Virus record (IMG/VR): IMGVR_UViG_3300034069_000930
Location: 1 to 64,000 of that record
From: a virus
Reading direction: 5' to 3' (one strand)
Length of the DNA stretch: 64,000 nt
The notes beneath the pieces are model-generated. The model saw only the letters and a list, made by a program, of their open reading frames with translations, was not told the origin of the DNA and made no database searches. The position numbers and the translations under genes are program-made. Shown here piece by piece: positions 6,879 through 14,413 of this stretch. How positions within the stretch are numbered: position 1 is the stretch's first letter; the number at the start of each line of letters is the position of its first letter.

Positions 6879-7258
6879 CGCTTGATGATGCGGGCGACGT
6901 TCTCAAACGTCCGCTTGACGAAGTAGAACGACATGATCATACCAGCCCAAACCGACGCGTCACCCTTGAGGGCGTCGGTGGTCCCCCAGCCCAGCACCTT
7001 GTCCCAAAGCAAAAGCTTGGCAAAATAAATGAGGACGACGTAGGCGAACAGCTTCTCAGGCTCATACCAATGGCCGATCTCGGCTACCTTGAGCTGCTGC
7101 TGAAGCTGGATTTCGGCCTGCTGTACGGTTAGCTCTTTCGCTGCGAGATCGCCAGCAGCTTTCGTTGCTGTGTCCTCACTCGCGAGCTTGGCCTTCCAGC
7201 CTTCCAGCGCTGTGCTGAACAGCGGGCCGGTAATGAGAGACGCGAGCCATGCCCACAT
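6875..7258 (-). CDS. holin-like protein (GTA-type 3TM holin architecture)
   Basis: 127 aa. Hydrophobic N-terminus, a QQAEIQLQQQL coiled segment, TM segments, and a C-terminal MIMSFYFVKR that resembles the FYFG end of 3TM holins (from memory). Sits next to the endolysin. Confidence 0.5.
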   Translation of the reverse strand: MWAWLASLITGPLFSTALEGWKAKLASEDTATKAAGDLAAKELTVQQAEIQLQQQLKVAEIGHWYEPEKLFAYVVLIYFAKLLLWDKVLGWGTTDALKGDASVWAGMIMSFYFVKRTFENVARIIKR

Positions 7259-7557
7259 CAGGGAGCCCTCACCTTGTCGGATGGGATGGAGTCGGCCAAC
7301 GCTTGGTCTGCGTGGATTGAATGGATGTCCGGCATATCAGCGATACGGGCGATGATGGATCGCTTTCGACGGGCCAGCCACGACCAAACGATGCCGGCCA
7401 CAGACCCTAGCCCGAACAGGATGGTTGTGGCGTTGCTGGCGAAATCAGCTTGATCCTCGGGTCGGATGACACCCTTCGCCACAAGGTACGCGCTGGGTGC
7501 CGTCATCAGACAAACGCGGACGAACCAGAACAGGGCCTGAAAGACTTCGGGGCTCAT
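7258..7557 (-). CDS. two-TM holin/antiholin-like protein
   Basis: 99 aa with two TM helices and a charged C-terminal tail. Immediately downstream of the endolysin. Confidence 0.5.
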   Translation of the reverse strand: MSPEVFQALFWFVRVCLMTAPSAYLVAKGVIRPEDQADFASNATTILFGLGSVAGIVWSWLARRKRSIIARIADMPDIHSIHADQALADSIPSDKVRAP

Positions 7558-7560
7558 CGG

Positions 7561-8295
7561 TCAGACTTTCTTCGGGCTGAACGCCGCGACGAGGCTCGCC
7601 CAGAACCCAGGCTTGGCGGGTTGCGGCAATAGGTGCGGCGGCGCCGTGACGGGCGGGATTACCGGTACGGCTGTCTTGGGTACGGCGACACCCGCAACGG
7701 CGCCCTGAGCCTTCGCGGCGTCGTTGATGGCTGTTTCAATGCTGGCGAGGACGGGGGTTGCGCTTGATGGGGCGGAGAATCCTGCAGCCTTGATCGCGGC
7801 CAGGAACTGCGCGTGATATCCGGCGATCAGCGAGGCCTTGTCCGACCCGTTGATGATGTGCCGAGCCCCGACGGGGTCGTTGACCGTGGCGGAGAAGTAT
7901 GTCGCCAGCTTGCGGCCGGTGAAGACGCCCTGGTCCATGCCGTCGAAGAGAGCGCGGAGAGCCACCGGCCAGGACATCAGGTCTTCAGGCTTCGTGGCGC
8001 CGAACTTCTTGCCGTTGGCTTCCCAGGTTACCTGCACGAGGCCCATACCGACCCAGGGGTAGTACGGCTTGGCCTTGAGGTAGGCTTCGCCGCCAGCTTC
8101 GCGGACCGGGATCATGGCTTCGCGGGTCTCGTGAAAAGTCGTGGCCAGCCTGTAGGCTAGAAAACGCGGGTCGGACGGCCCACGGCGCTCGGCTTCGTCT
8201 AGGATGTACGCCAATCCCGTGACCTGCGAGCCCGACAGGAAGCCGCCGAAAGGCTCCGCGCGGACGTGGTCGAAGAACGTCTTGCGGTCGATCAT
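7561..8295 (-). CDS. endolysin, glycoside hydrolase family 19-like
   Basis: 244 aa. ATTFHETREAMIPVRE (catalytic Glu pair region) and GMGLVQVTWEANGKKFG (compare GRGxIQLTxxxNY). Pro/Ala-rich C-terminal tail. Confidence 0.8.
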   Translation of the reverse strand: MIDRKTFFDHVRAEPFGGFLSGSQVTGLAYILDEAERRGPSDPRFLAYRLATTFHETREAMIPVREAGGEAYLKAKPYYPWVGMGLVQVTWEANGKKFGATKPEDLMSWPVALRALFDGMDQGVFTGRKLATYFSATVNDPVGARHIINGSDKASLIAGYHAQFLAAIKAAGFSAPSSATPVLASIETAINDAAKAQGAVAGVAVPKTAVPVIPPVTAPPHLLPQPAKPGFWASLVAAFSPKKV

Positions 8296-8495
8296 CGGTC
8301 GATCTCCACGTCGCGCGGCTGGAAAGCGGTGTCGGCCTCGGCGGGCGACAGAGCGGCGCCATCGCGGATCTGCCGGAGCGTCACGCCCGCATCGGCTAGG
8401 TAGGCGTCGATGGCGAGCCGGAGCCGATCTGGCGGCAGTTCAGGCGCGGCGAGGTGGGCGGCGTGGAAAGCGGAACTATCAAGGTGACTGGTCAT
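8292..8495 (-). CDS. hypothetical protein
   Basis: 67 aa from MTSHLDSS. ATGA overlap with the endolysin start. Track ORF 8292-8687 is an over-extended Arg/Ser-rich N-terminus. Confidence 0.5.
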   Translation of the reverse strand: MTSHLDSSAFHAAHLAAPELPPDRLRLAIDAYLADAGVTLRQIRDGAALSPAEADTAFQPRDVEIDR

Positions 8496-8727
8496 GGCTT
8501 TCCTCGTTGAAGGCTTCGGGGTCGACGCGCCACGCCATGACGTCGCCGCCCCGGCACAAGACGGGGATTGACCGGGCGTCGATGCGGTGGATCTTGTCGA
8601 CGGCGCAGCGCCAGAACCGGCCGACGTGACCGGGGCGGATATCGTCGGGCATCGCCTCAACGAAGCGGGCGCCCAGGATCGTCGCAAGCTCGGGCGAGGT
8701 GTGGAGACGCGCGAGAGGTTTGGGCAT
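8479..8727 (-). CDS. hypothetical protein
   Basis: 82 aa from MPKPLARLH. GGGAG SD. The track ORF is over-extended. Confidence 0.5.
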   Translation of the reverse strand: MPKPLARLHTSPELATILGARFVEAMPDDIRPGHVGRFWRCAVDKIHRIDARSIPVLCRGGDVMAWRVDPEAFNEESHDQSP

Positions 8728-8939
8728 TACGGTCTCCCTTGATCGAACTGACGCAACACGCTCGGTAGACTGATCGGCTTCCACCCGTCGCAGACGATCT
8801 CGCCGGAGCGAGCTTCGATCCACTCGAACGCTGCCCAGGCTTGACTCCAAGGGCTCGGCTCTGCCCCGGCATCGGGAGATCGGCGGCAGGAGGTGCGGAC
8901 TGGACAGTCGAGGGATCCGCAGAGCGAATAGAACGGCAC
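8727..8939 (-). CDS. hypothetical Cys-containing small protein
   Basis: 70 aa. 1-nt stop/start overlap with the next gene. Confidence 0.45.
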   Translation of the reverse strand: MPFYSLCGSLDCPVRTSCRRSPDAGAEPSPWSQAWAAFEWIEARSGEIVCDGWKPISLPSVLRQFDQGRP

Positions 8940-8941
8940 GG

Positions 8942-9181
8942 TCAGAACCCCGCTCCGCTATGCCGCGCCCCAGGCTGGAGCGGCCAAGCCAAGACAGGAC
9001 CACCACCACGGGCGAGGATCGGGATCTCACCCGCAGCCGCGATGGCGTCCGCAGCACGGAACCGCAGGAAGGCGACGCCACCGGCGTGCTCCACACCGCC
9101 CGTCACGACAGGGACCACACGGGCGCCGAGGCGTAGAGCGAGGTCGGAGGAGCACATGAGGGGAGCGATGGGCTTGGTCAT
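8942..9181 (-). CDS. hypothetical protein
   Basis: 79-aa ORF in the operon frame chain. ATGA overlap with the upstream gene. Confidence 0.45.
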   Translation of the reverse strand: MTKPIAPLMCSSDLALRLGARVVPVVTGGVEHAGGVAFLRFRAADAIAAAGEIPILARGGGPVLAWPLQPGARHSGAGF

Positions 9182-9384
9182 GGCGGGTCCGCAGGTTGGA
9201 TGCCCGCGGCTCGCTCAAGCTTGCGGAGCGGCTTGAGGCTGCGGAAGTGTGTTTGAATTTCAGGCGGACCGGCGAGCGATCGGACACCAGCGCCACCGCA
9301 GGCTTGGCAGGGCCACCACTCTCGGGTGCCGGCCTGGACGCAGAATAGCGACCCTGCACCGCGGCAGAGGGCGCAAAGGCTCAT
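9178..9384 (-). CDS. small protein with two DnaJ-type CxxCxGxG zinc-finger motifs
   Basis: 68 aa from MSLCALCRGAG. Second motif is CQACGGAG. Confidence 0.55.
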   Translation of the reverse strand: MSLCALCRGAGSLFCVQAGTREWWPCQACGGAGVRSLAGPPEIQTHFRSLKPLRKLERAAGIQPADPP

Positions 9385-9614
9385 CTCGGCCCCCGCATGT
9401 GCGCCATATCCAGACCATCGAACAGCAGCGGCATCCACTCGTCACAGTAGGAGATCGGCAGGGTCAGTTCTTGATCTGGACCCGGCAGGACATCTGGTAG
9501 AGCGACCGGACATCCGTAGACGGGAGAGGGGTCGGGACGTTCGGGAGCGGCGGAGGCGACGGCCGGACTCGTCAGGGTGGGGGCGGCGAGGATGAGGATG
9601 AGGATGGGGCGCAT
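9381..9614 (-). CDS. small secreted protein
   Basis: 77 aa. Signal peptide MRPILILILAAPTLTSPAVASA. ATGA overlap downstream. Confidence 0.55.
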   Translation of the reverse strand: MRPILILILAAPTLTSPAVASAAPERPDPSPVYGCPVALPDVLPGPDQELTLPISYCDEWMPLLFDGLDMAHMRGPR

Positions 9615-9832
9615 CAGGGAGCGCCATCCTTGAACGGCAGCGGGACAAGCTTGGAGCCGTCCGTTTGCACGCAGGACCACACCCGCACGGGTACGCCTCG
9701 GACAATGAGGTGATCGCCGGCAAGCTGACAAAGCTCAGGCGTATCGAAACCCGGAACGGAAGCGACTGTCGCATTATTATACGCGCCCCCGATGAGGTAA
9801 ATCACAAGCGCCCAATGGGCCATGTCGTTCAC
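9614..9832 (-). CDS. small membrane/secreted protein
   Basis: 72 aa with a hydrophobic N-terminus (HWALVIYLIGGAY). 1-nt overlap with the next gene. Confidence 0.5.
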   Translation of the reverse strand: MNDMAHWALVIYLIGGAYNNATVASVPGFDTPELCQLAGDHLIVRGVPVRVWSCVQTDGSKLVPLPFKDGAP

Positions 9833-9864
9833 GCGGTCTGTGGCACGCCCGGAGGCGGCCGGGG

Positions 9865-10095
9865 CTAGTCGGGCTTGTCTCCCCGCTTCGCCGCCGCGCG
9901 ATCTTCCTCGGCCTTCCTGATCGCGTCCAAAAGAAGGATGCGGACGTAGTCCCCCTGCCTCATAGCTCCGCGCAAGGCATCGATTCGAGCCTTGGTGTCC
10001 TTGGGCAGGCGAACGTGCATCGCCTCATCGAAGATCTTCGGTTTGCTCACGCGGTAAGGGATAGCCGAGTCAGAAGCGGTACCGCAATCCATCAC
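9865..10095 (-). CDS. ribbon-helix-helix repressor-like protein
   Basis: 76 aa, GTG start. MHVRLPKDTKARIDALRG..DYVRILLLDAIRKAEE is a classic RHH pattern. It is the first gene of the leftward operon. Confidence 0.7.
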   Translation of the reverse strand: MMDCGTASDSAIPYRVSKPKIFDEAMHVRLPKDTKARIDALRGAMRQGDYVRILLLDAIRKAEEDRAAAKRGDKPD

Positions 10096-10165
10096 AGATC
10101 CCTGATAAAAGCGGTACCGCTTGTTGACGGCTGAAACGGTACCGGTTATATAAGCGGTATCGCTT
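10074..10165. promoter_or_regulatory. array of four 14-bp palindromic operators (consensus AAGCGGTACCGCTT)
   Basis: 10074-10087 AAGCGGTACCGCAA. 10109-10122 AAGCGGTACCGCTT (perfect palindrome). 10134-10147 AAACGGTACCGGTT. 10152-10165 AAGCGGTATCGCTT. Confidence 0.65.
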
Positions 10166-10175
10166 CAAAAGGCAA
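10124..10175. promoter_or_regulatory. two overlapping divergent sigma70-like promoters sharing one TATATA -10
   Basis: Rightward: TTGACG (10124-10129), 17 nt, TATATA (10147-10152). Leftward: TTGCCT (complement of 10170-10175), 17 nt, the same TATATA. Confidence 0.5.
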
Positions 10176-10182
10176 TCGGTGC

Positions 10183-10560
10183 ATGCCTGGACCTCTGACA
10201 GAAACAGGAGCGCGCTACCTCTATGTGATCGGTCACGACACGGGTCTGCAGAAGATCGGTTTCTCGTTTTCTCCGCAGGCTCGTGCTCGGCAACTCAGAA
10301 GGCCGGGAGAAGCTCCATTCGCGGTGCATCACCAAGTCAAGGTTCTTGTCGAACATGCACACGGGGCCGAAGCCCTTGCCCATTGGCTTCTTCGTGACCA
10401 AACCATGGGCGGAGAGCTATTTGATGTCTCGCCTCAGCAAGCAGCCCTCGCCATAAACGAGGCCGCGATAAGATACGCTCAGGGGCAGCGCGCTCCTGAT
10501 CGAAAAGAAGCTCACAATCAAAGTATCAATCTGACCGTTTCGCTTCCAGTGCTCGACTAG
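10183..10560 (+). CDS. T5orf172 / GIY-YIG-like domain protein
   Basis: 125 aa. RYLYVIGHDTGLQKIGFSFSPQARARQL matches the YxYxx...KIG.S..P..R..L core of T5orf172/Mug113-type domains. Confidence 0.6.
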   Translation: MPGPLTETGARYLYVIGHDTGLQKIGFSFSPQARARQLRRPGEAPFAVHHQVKVLVEHAHGAEALAHWLLRDQTMGGELFDVSPQQAALAINEAAIRYAQGQRAPDRKEAHNQSINLTVSLPVLD

Positions 10561-10578
10561 ATCAACGACTGGCGCATC

Positions 10579-10599
10579 CGTCAACGGCCCGTGTTGACG
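10579..10599. other. inverted repeat CGTCAAC-N7-GTTGACG
   Basis: Lies 19 nt after the stop of the T5orf172-like gene. No T-run follows, so its function is unclear (weak terminator or binding site). Confidence 0.3.
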
Positions 10600-10679
10600 A
10601 TGGCGAAGGCCGTCAGGGTCCTCGTAGAGCGAGCCTTGGAAGCGGAGCGAAAGGACGCCAAGCCTCCCAAGGAGTAGTC

Positions 10680-11120
10680 ATGACGAACAAGGTGACCGAA
10701 GCCATCGACGAGATGGTGCGCGAAAAGACGTTCAGCCTCGACGCGTTAAACGCCATTAACGATTTGAAGACCAAAGCCAGGATTATGGAAGGCGCCCTCG
10801 ACGCCGCCCAGAAAGACGTTGCCAAGGCCAAAGAAGACGCTCGCCTAATGTCCGAGCGCTATAGCGAGTGCAATGCCGAGGTCAACGCCTTCAAAACCCG
10901 TGAAGCTGATCTCGAAAAGCGTGAGCGTGCAATCTTCGAGCACGAAAAGGCATCCGCGGTAGCGCAGGCCAGGAGCCAAGCTTTTGGTGAGGCGTTCGGC
11001 ATGGTTTTCCGCAACACGGTCGTGCGAGAAACCGTGAACAAGAGCGTGCCTGTTGCCGGGCCCGGCGGGGTGATGCTGACAGGATTTGAAGGTGGAACAG
11101 TTGAGCGCACGACCGAATAG
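10680..11120 (+). CDS. coiled-coil hypothetical protein
   Basis: 146 aa. GGAG SD. Heptad-like K/E/A-rich sequence. Confidence 0.6.
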   Translation: MTNKVTEAIDEMVREKTFSLDALNAINDLKTKARIMEGALDAAQKDVAKAKEDARLMSERYSECNAEVNAFKTREADLEKRERAIFEHEKASAVAQARSQAFGEAFGMVFRNTVVRETVNKSVPVAGPGGVMLTGFEGGTVERTTE

Positions 11121-11143
11121 TACCCCTCACCGAGCCGCACCCT

Positions 11144-11350
11144 ATGCCTCTCCGCTACCTCGCCCTTCCTATCCTGCTCTGCCTCGGTGGATGTGACGGA
11201 GATGGAGCCGTTCAACGGACGCACGACGGCGTCGAGACCGGCTTGATCCTCTACACCGACATTCTGAACGGCTGTCAGTACGTTCGCGCCTCAGGGCGGG
11301 ATGGTCTCACCCCGCGTATGGGCAAGGACGGCAAGCAGGTCTGCAACTAA
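11144..11350 (+). CDS. small lipoprotein
   Basis: 68 aa. Signal peptide with lipobox LCLGG-C (MPLRYLALPILLCLGGCDG). Confidence 0.7.
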   Translation: MPLRYLALPILLCLGGCDGDGAVQRTHDGVETGLILYTDILNGCQYVRASGRDGLTPRMGKDGKQVCN

Positions 11351-11364
11351 TCAACAGGACACCC

Positions 11365-11610
11365 ATGCCTAATTCCGCCTTCTCCCGACCCTTCACCCCT
11401 TCACCCCAACTCGCCGCCGTGATCGGCCCCGAGCCCCGCCCGCGCACCGCGATCGTCGCAGACGTGTGGACCTACATCAAGGAGCACAATCTCCAGGCTC
11501 CCGACGACAAGCGGGTGATCCTGTCCGACGAAAAGCTCTTGGCCGTGTTCGGCCAAGGACGCACCGACATGTTCAAGATGATGGGGCTGCTCAGCCCGCA
11601 TTTGTCGTGA
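11365..11610 (+). CDS. SWIB/MDM2 domain protein
   Basis: 81 aa. PSPQLAAVIGPEPRPRTAIVADVWTYIKEHNLQAPDDKRVILSDEKLLAVFG..DMFKMMGLLSPHL matches the bacterial SWIB pattern throughout. Confidence 0.85.
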   Translation: MPNSAFSRPFTPSPQLAAVIGPEPRPRTAIVADVWTYIKEHNLQAPDDKRVILSDEKLLAVFGQGRTDMFKMMGLLSPHLS

Positions 11611-11617
11611 GGGCGGG

Positions 11618-12457
11618 ATGATCCGCGCCGAAACCATCACCGAAGCCGAGGCAAGGCCGAAAAGCCGCGGCATCTCCGACATCGCCCTCGGACGGGCGGG
11701 GCTGTTCCTTATCAGCCCGGCTGATCTTCGCATTCAGCCCGGGCTGAACAGCCGGGTCAAGGATTTCGATCCTGCTGACGAGGAAGACCTTGCTCTGTCG
11801 CGCTCTGTCGCGGAATACGGCGTCAAGCAGCCCTTGACGATCCATTGGCGCGAGGGTGCGGCGTGGATCACGGATGGCCACCGCCGCTATGGCGCCGTCA
11901 TGCACGCCATCGCGACCGGGGCGGAAATCAAATCGGTCCCCGTTCAAAGCGAGGGGCAATATGCTACCGAAGCCGATCGGGTCTTCTCTCAGATCGTTCG
12001 CAATTCCGGCAAGCCGCTCCAGCCGATTGAGCAGGCACGCGTGTTCAAAAAGCTCATCGACCTTGGTTGGCATGAGAAGGGGATCGCCACGAAGGCGGGG
12101 CTTACCCGGCAGCGCGTAGTCGACCTCCTCAACCTACAGGCCGCACCTCGCGAGGTCGTCGCCATGGTGGAGGCCGGCGAGGTTTCGGCTACCCTGGCGT
12201 CACAGACGATCAAAGCGGAAGGTGAAGGCGCCACGGAAAAGTTAGTTTCGGCCGTCACCACCGCCAAAGCCGCCGGCAAGTCCCGCGCCACCGCGAAACA
12301 CGTCTCCCGCCCAGCGCCGGACCTGACAAAGAGCGTAGCCTATCAGGCCGGGTTGAAGCGGGCGGTGGAGATCATCAGGTCGGCATGGGAACCGGATGAG
12401 CTGCCAATCGGCATGGCGCGGATCATAGAGAACATCGAAGCGGAGATTGCGAAATGA
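11618..12457 (+). CDS. ParB-like (ParB/Srx N-terminal domain plus HTH) protein
   Basis: 279 aa. WITDGHRRYGAV (ParB arginine-patch box) and HTH KGIATKAGLTRQRVVDLLNL. No parA nearby. Confidence 0.8.
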   Translation: MIRAETITEAEARPKSRGISDIALGRAGLFLISPADLRIQPGLNSRVKDFDPADEEDLALSRSVAEYGVKQPLTIHWREGAAWITDGHRRYGAVMHAIATGAEIKSVPVQSEGQYATEADRVFSQIVRNSGKPLQPIEQARVFKKLIDLGWHEKGIATKAGLTRQRVVDLLNLQAAPREVVAMVEAGEVSATLASQTIKAEGEGATEKLVSAVTTAKAAGKSRATAKHVSRPAPDLTKSVAYQAGLKRAVEIIRSAWEPDELPIGMARIIENIEAEIAK

Positions 12458-12903
12458 GCCTTGATGTCTATCTGACGATGTCCGAACCAAACCCTGGCTG
12501 CAGCACCGGCATCTTCGTGCGCCAAGACGGCGCGACGCGCGAGATCACCCGCGCTGAATGGGACGAGCGGTTCCCCGGCACGGAACCTGTCGTAGCCCAG
12601 TCCGATGAACTGGATCGAAGCGTCTACAGCGCCAACATCACCCATAACCTCGGCACCATGGCGCGCGAGGCCGGCATTTACATGCATCTCTGGCGACCGG
12701 ATGAGATCGGCGTCAAGTTCGCGGGCGAGTTAATCGGACCCCTGTCAGCCGGGCTTGCCGAACTCCACGCTCGTCCCGAGTATTTCGAGGCGTTTAATTC
12801 GCCGAATGGATGGGGGCTATACAAGAATTTCGTGCCGTTCGTCAGCGATTATCTCGACGCCTGCCAAGAGCACCCCGACGCCGAGGTCAGCGTATCGCGT
12901 TGA
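12454..12903 (+). CDS. conserved-looking hypothetical protein
   Basis: 149 aa. ATGA overlap with the ParB-like gene. Balanced composition ([29 protein letters not shown]). Confidence 0.6.
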   Translation: MSLDVYLTMSEPNPGCSTGIFVRQDGATREITRAEWDERFPGTEPVVAQSDELDRSVYSANITHNLGTMAREAGIYMHLWRPDEIGVKFAGELIGPLSAGLAELHARPEYFEAFNSPNGWGLYKNFVPFVSDYLDACQEHPDAEVSVSR

Positions 12904-12928
12904 TCGTTATATTTTTCAGGACCCCACC

Positions 12929-13411
12929 ATGACCCACGACAAAGAGTTCCGCGACGCCGACGACCTCATCATCCGCTACGGTGCCGACGTCTTCCCTCCC
13001 GCGATGCCCAACCCGCTTCATGACACTACCCTGACCGAACTCACCGCCGAGATCGTCGCCGCCTACGTGGCCCACAATTCGGTTCCGGTCGCCGAGCTGC
13101 CGACGCTTCTCCGCTCCGTCTATGGTGCCCTGGCGGGGCTGGGAAAGGCCGAAGCCCTTGCTCCTGCGGACGCCCTCGTGCCAGCCGTGCCGATCAAGAA
13201 GTCCGTCACCGAAGAGTATATCATCTGCTTGGATGACGGAAAGCTCTTCAAAAGCCTCAAGCGGCACTTGGCGCAGCTCGGGATGACGCCGGATCAGTAC
13301 CGAGCGAAGTGGGCGCTCCCGAAAGACTATCCCATGGTGGCCCCAGCCTACGCCAAGGCGAGGTCGGAGTTGGCGAAGTCGATCGGACTGGGGCGGAAGG
13401 GGGTGAGGTGA
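12929..13411 (+). CDS. mucR: MucR/Ros family transcriptional regulator
   Basis: 160 aa from [60 protein letters not shown] and [25 protein letters not shown] align closely with Ros/MucR. Confidence 0.9.
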   Translation: MTHDKEFRDADDLIIRYGADVFPPAMPNPLHDTTLTELTAEIVAAYVAHNSVPVAELPTLLRSVYGALAGLGKAEALAPADALVPAVPIKKSVTEEYIICLDDGKLFKSLKRHLAQLGMTPDQYRAKWALPKDYPMVAPAYAKARSELAKSIGLGRKGVR

Positions 13412-13653
13412 TGAGCAAGCCTTGGAGCGAGCTACATGACCGTTTCGTACATGCATATTTTGAGGCGGTCGGGGCCGGTATCGGGCCGCGCGATCTCGGG
13501 CGTTCAGAGGCTGCCGTTATCGCTCGCGCCGCGCTGCTGAAGAAAAGCGGAGCGTGGGCCGCGCTTGATCGCGCTGAAGTGGAACTGGAAAAATATCGTC
13601 GATGCACAAACCGGCCGGCAACATTTGAAGAAGCTATGGAGGCCGGTTCTTGA
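13411..13653 (+). CDS. hypothetical protein
   Basis: 80 aa from [13 protein letters not shown] 1-nt overlap with the mucR stop. Confidence 0.55.
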   Translation: MSKPWSELHDRFVHAYFEAVGAGIGPRDLGRSEAAVIARAALLKKSGAWAALDRAEVELEKYRRCTNRPATFEEAMEAGS

Positions 13654-14048
13654 CCGAACATGCGATGATGCGCGACGCCTTTCAGGCCATCCTTCGTGGC
13701 GACGCTTCCGAGCGCGATCGCCTCATCCAGGGCGTCTTCCGCAACCGACGCGACCCCGACGCTATGATCGGACCAGAGCAGGACACAACCATGGCGGAAC
13801 AGGTCAACATCCTCGGCAAGGACTTCACGAAGGCGCTTCAGGACCGACACCCCGAGCTGTTCAGCGGCGACACGCGGTCTATGGCGATCGCAACGCTGGC
13901 CCTGGCCGAAGTGTTCGGGGGCATCATGGCTTCAGCTCACATGCATGGCGGCGACAAGCGGGCCGCGCGGGTCATGCAAGCGTTCTCCGATCGGGCGTCG
14001 CAGTCGTTCGGTGGGATCAACGATCTGTTGGCGGCAAAGCGGCAGTGA
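13650..14048 (+). CDS. hypothetical protein
   Basis: 132 aa. TTG start overlapping the previous stop (TTGA). ATG alternatives at 13665 and 13668. Confidence 0.55.
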   Translation: MTEHAMMRDAFQAILRGDASERDRLIQGVFRNRRDPDAMIGPEQDTTMAEQVNILGKDFTKALQDRHPELFSGDTRSMAIATLALAEVFGGIMASAHMHGGDKRAARVMQAFSDRASQSFGGINDLLAAKRQ

Positions 14049-14143
14049 CCTTCCGCCACCCGCGCCACCGTGCCCGTCGATGGGCGTTCTATGCGTGGTG
14101 CATCGTGGCTTTGGTGGCTGCCGTCGTGGGATGGAGGGGTTGA
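14045..14143 (+). CDS. 32-aa membrane micro-protein (candidate)
   Basis: GTGA overlap with the previous stop. MTFRHPRHRARRWAFYAWCIVALVAAVVGWRG has a basic N-terminus and one TM. Below the track size cutoff as an independent ORF. Confidence 0.35.
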   Translation: MTFRHPRHRARRWAFYAWCIVALVAAVVGWRG

Positions 14144-14379
14144 TGGAGGGCGGAATGGCCGAAGACTTTGTCTCGGACAATCTGCGAGCAGCCATCCGTG
14201 CCGCTTGCCCTGACATCCCCGAGACTGACGAAGGGATGGTCAAGCTCGGAGACCGATGGTTTCGGCTGGCCGAGCCTTCGCCGGATGAGAAAGATCGGCG
14301 GAGCGCGATCAGGATCGTCGAAGTGCCGACTTACACGGTTACGATCAACATCAATCCGAACAAGACGGCGGAGGGCTGA
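14143..14379 (+). CDS. hypothetical protein
   Basis: 78 aa from MEGGMAEDF. TGATG overlap with the micro-ORF stop. Confidence 0.5.
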   Translation: MEGGMAEDFVSDNLRAAIRAACPDIPETDEGMVKLGDRWFRLAEPSPDEKDRRSAIRIVEVPTYTVTININPNKTAEG

Positions 14380-14413
14380 CGATGAATCTCGGGAAGATGC
14401 TGGCGGAGGCGCT
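14370..14413 (+). repeat. 44-nt repeat, copy 2
   Basis: GGAGGGCTGACGATGAATCTCGGGAAGATGCTGGCGGAGGCGCT. See 3602-3645. Confidence 0.8.

Noticed and set aside
8292-9731. The longer track versions of several ORFs: 8292-8687, 8479-9096, 9178-9438, 9381-9731, and likewise 24087-25094, 27777-28622, 30849-32297, 32027-32662, 41947-42645, 47212-48786, 55123-55941.
   Set aside because: The N-terminal extensions are Arg/Ser/Pro-rich and overlap the preceding gene extensively. Internal ATG or GTG starts with SD sequences, or with 1- or 4-nt stop/start overlaps, give the compact coupled arrangement seen everywhere else in this phage.
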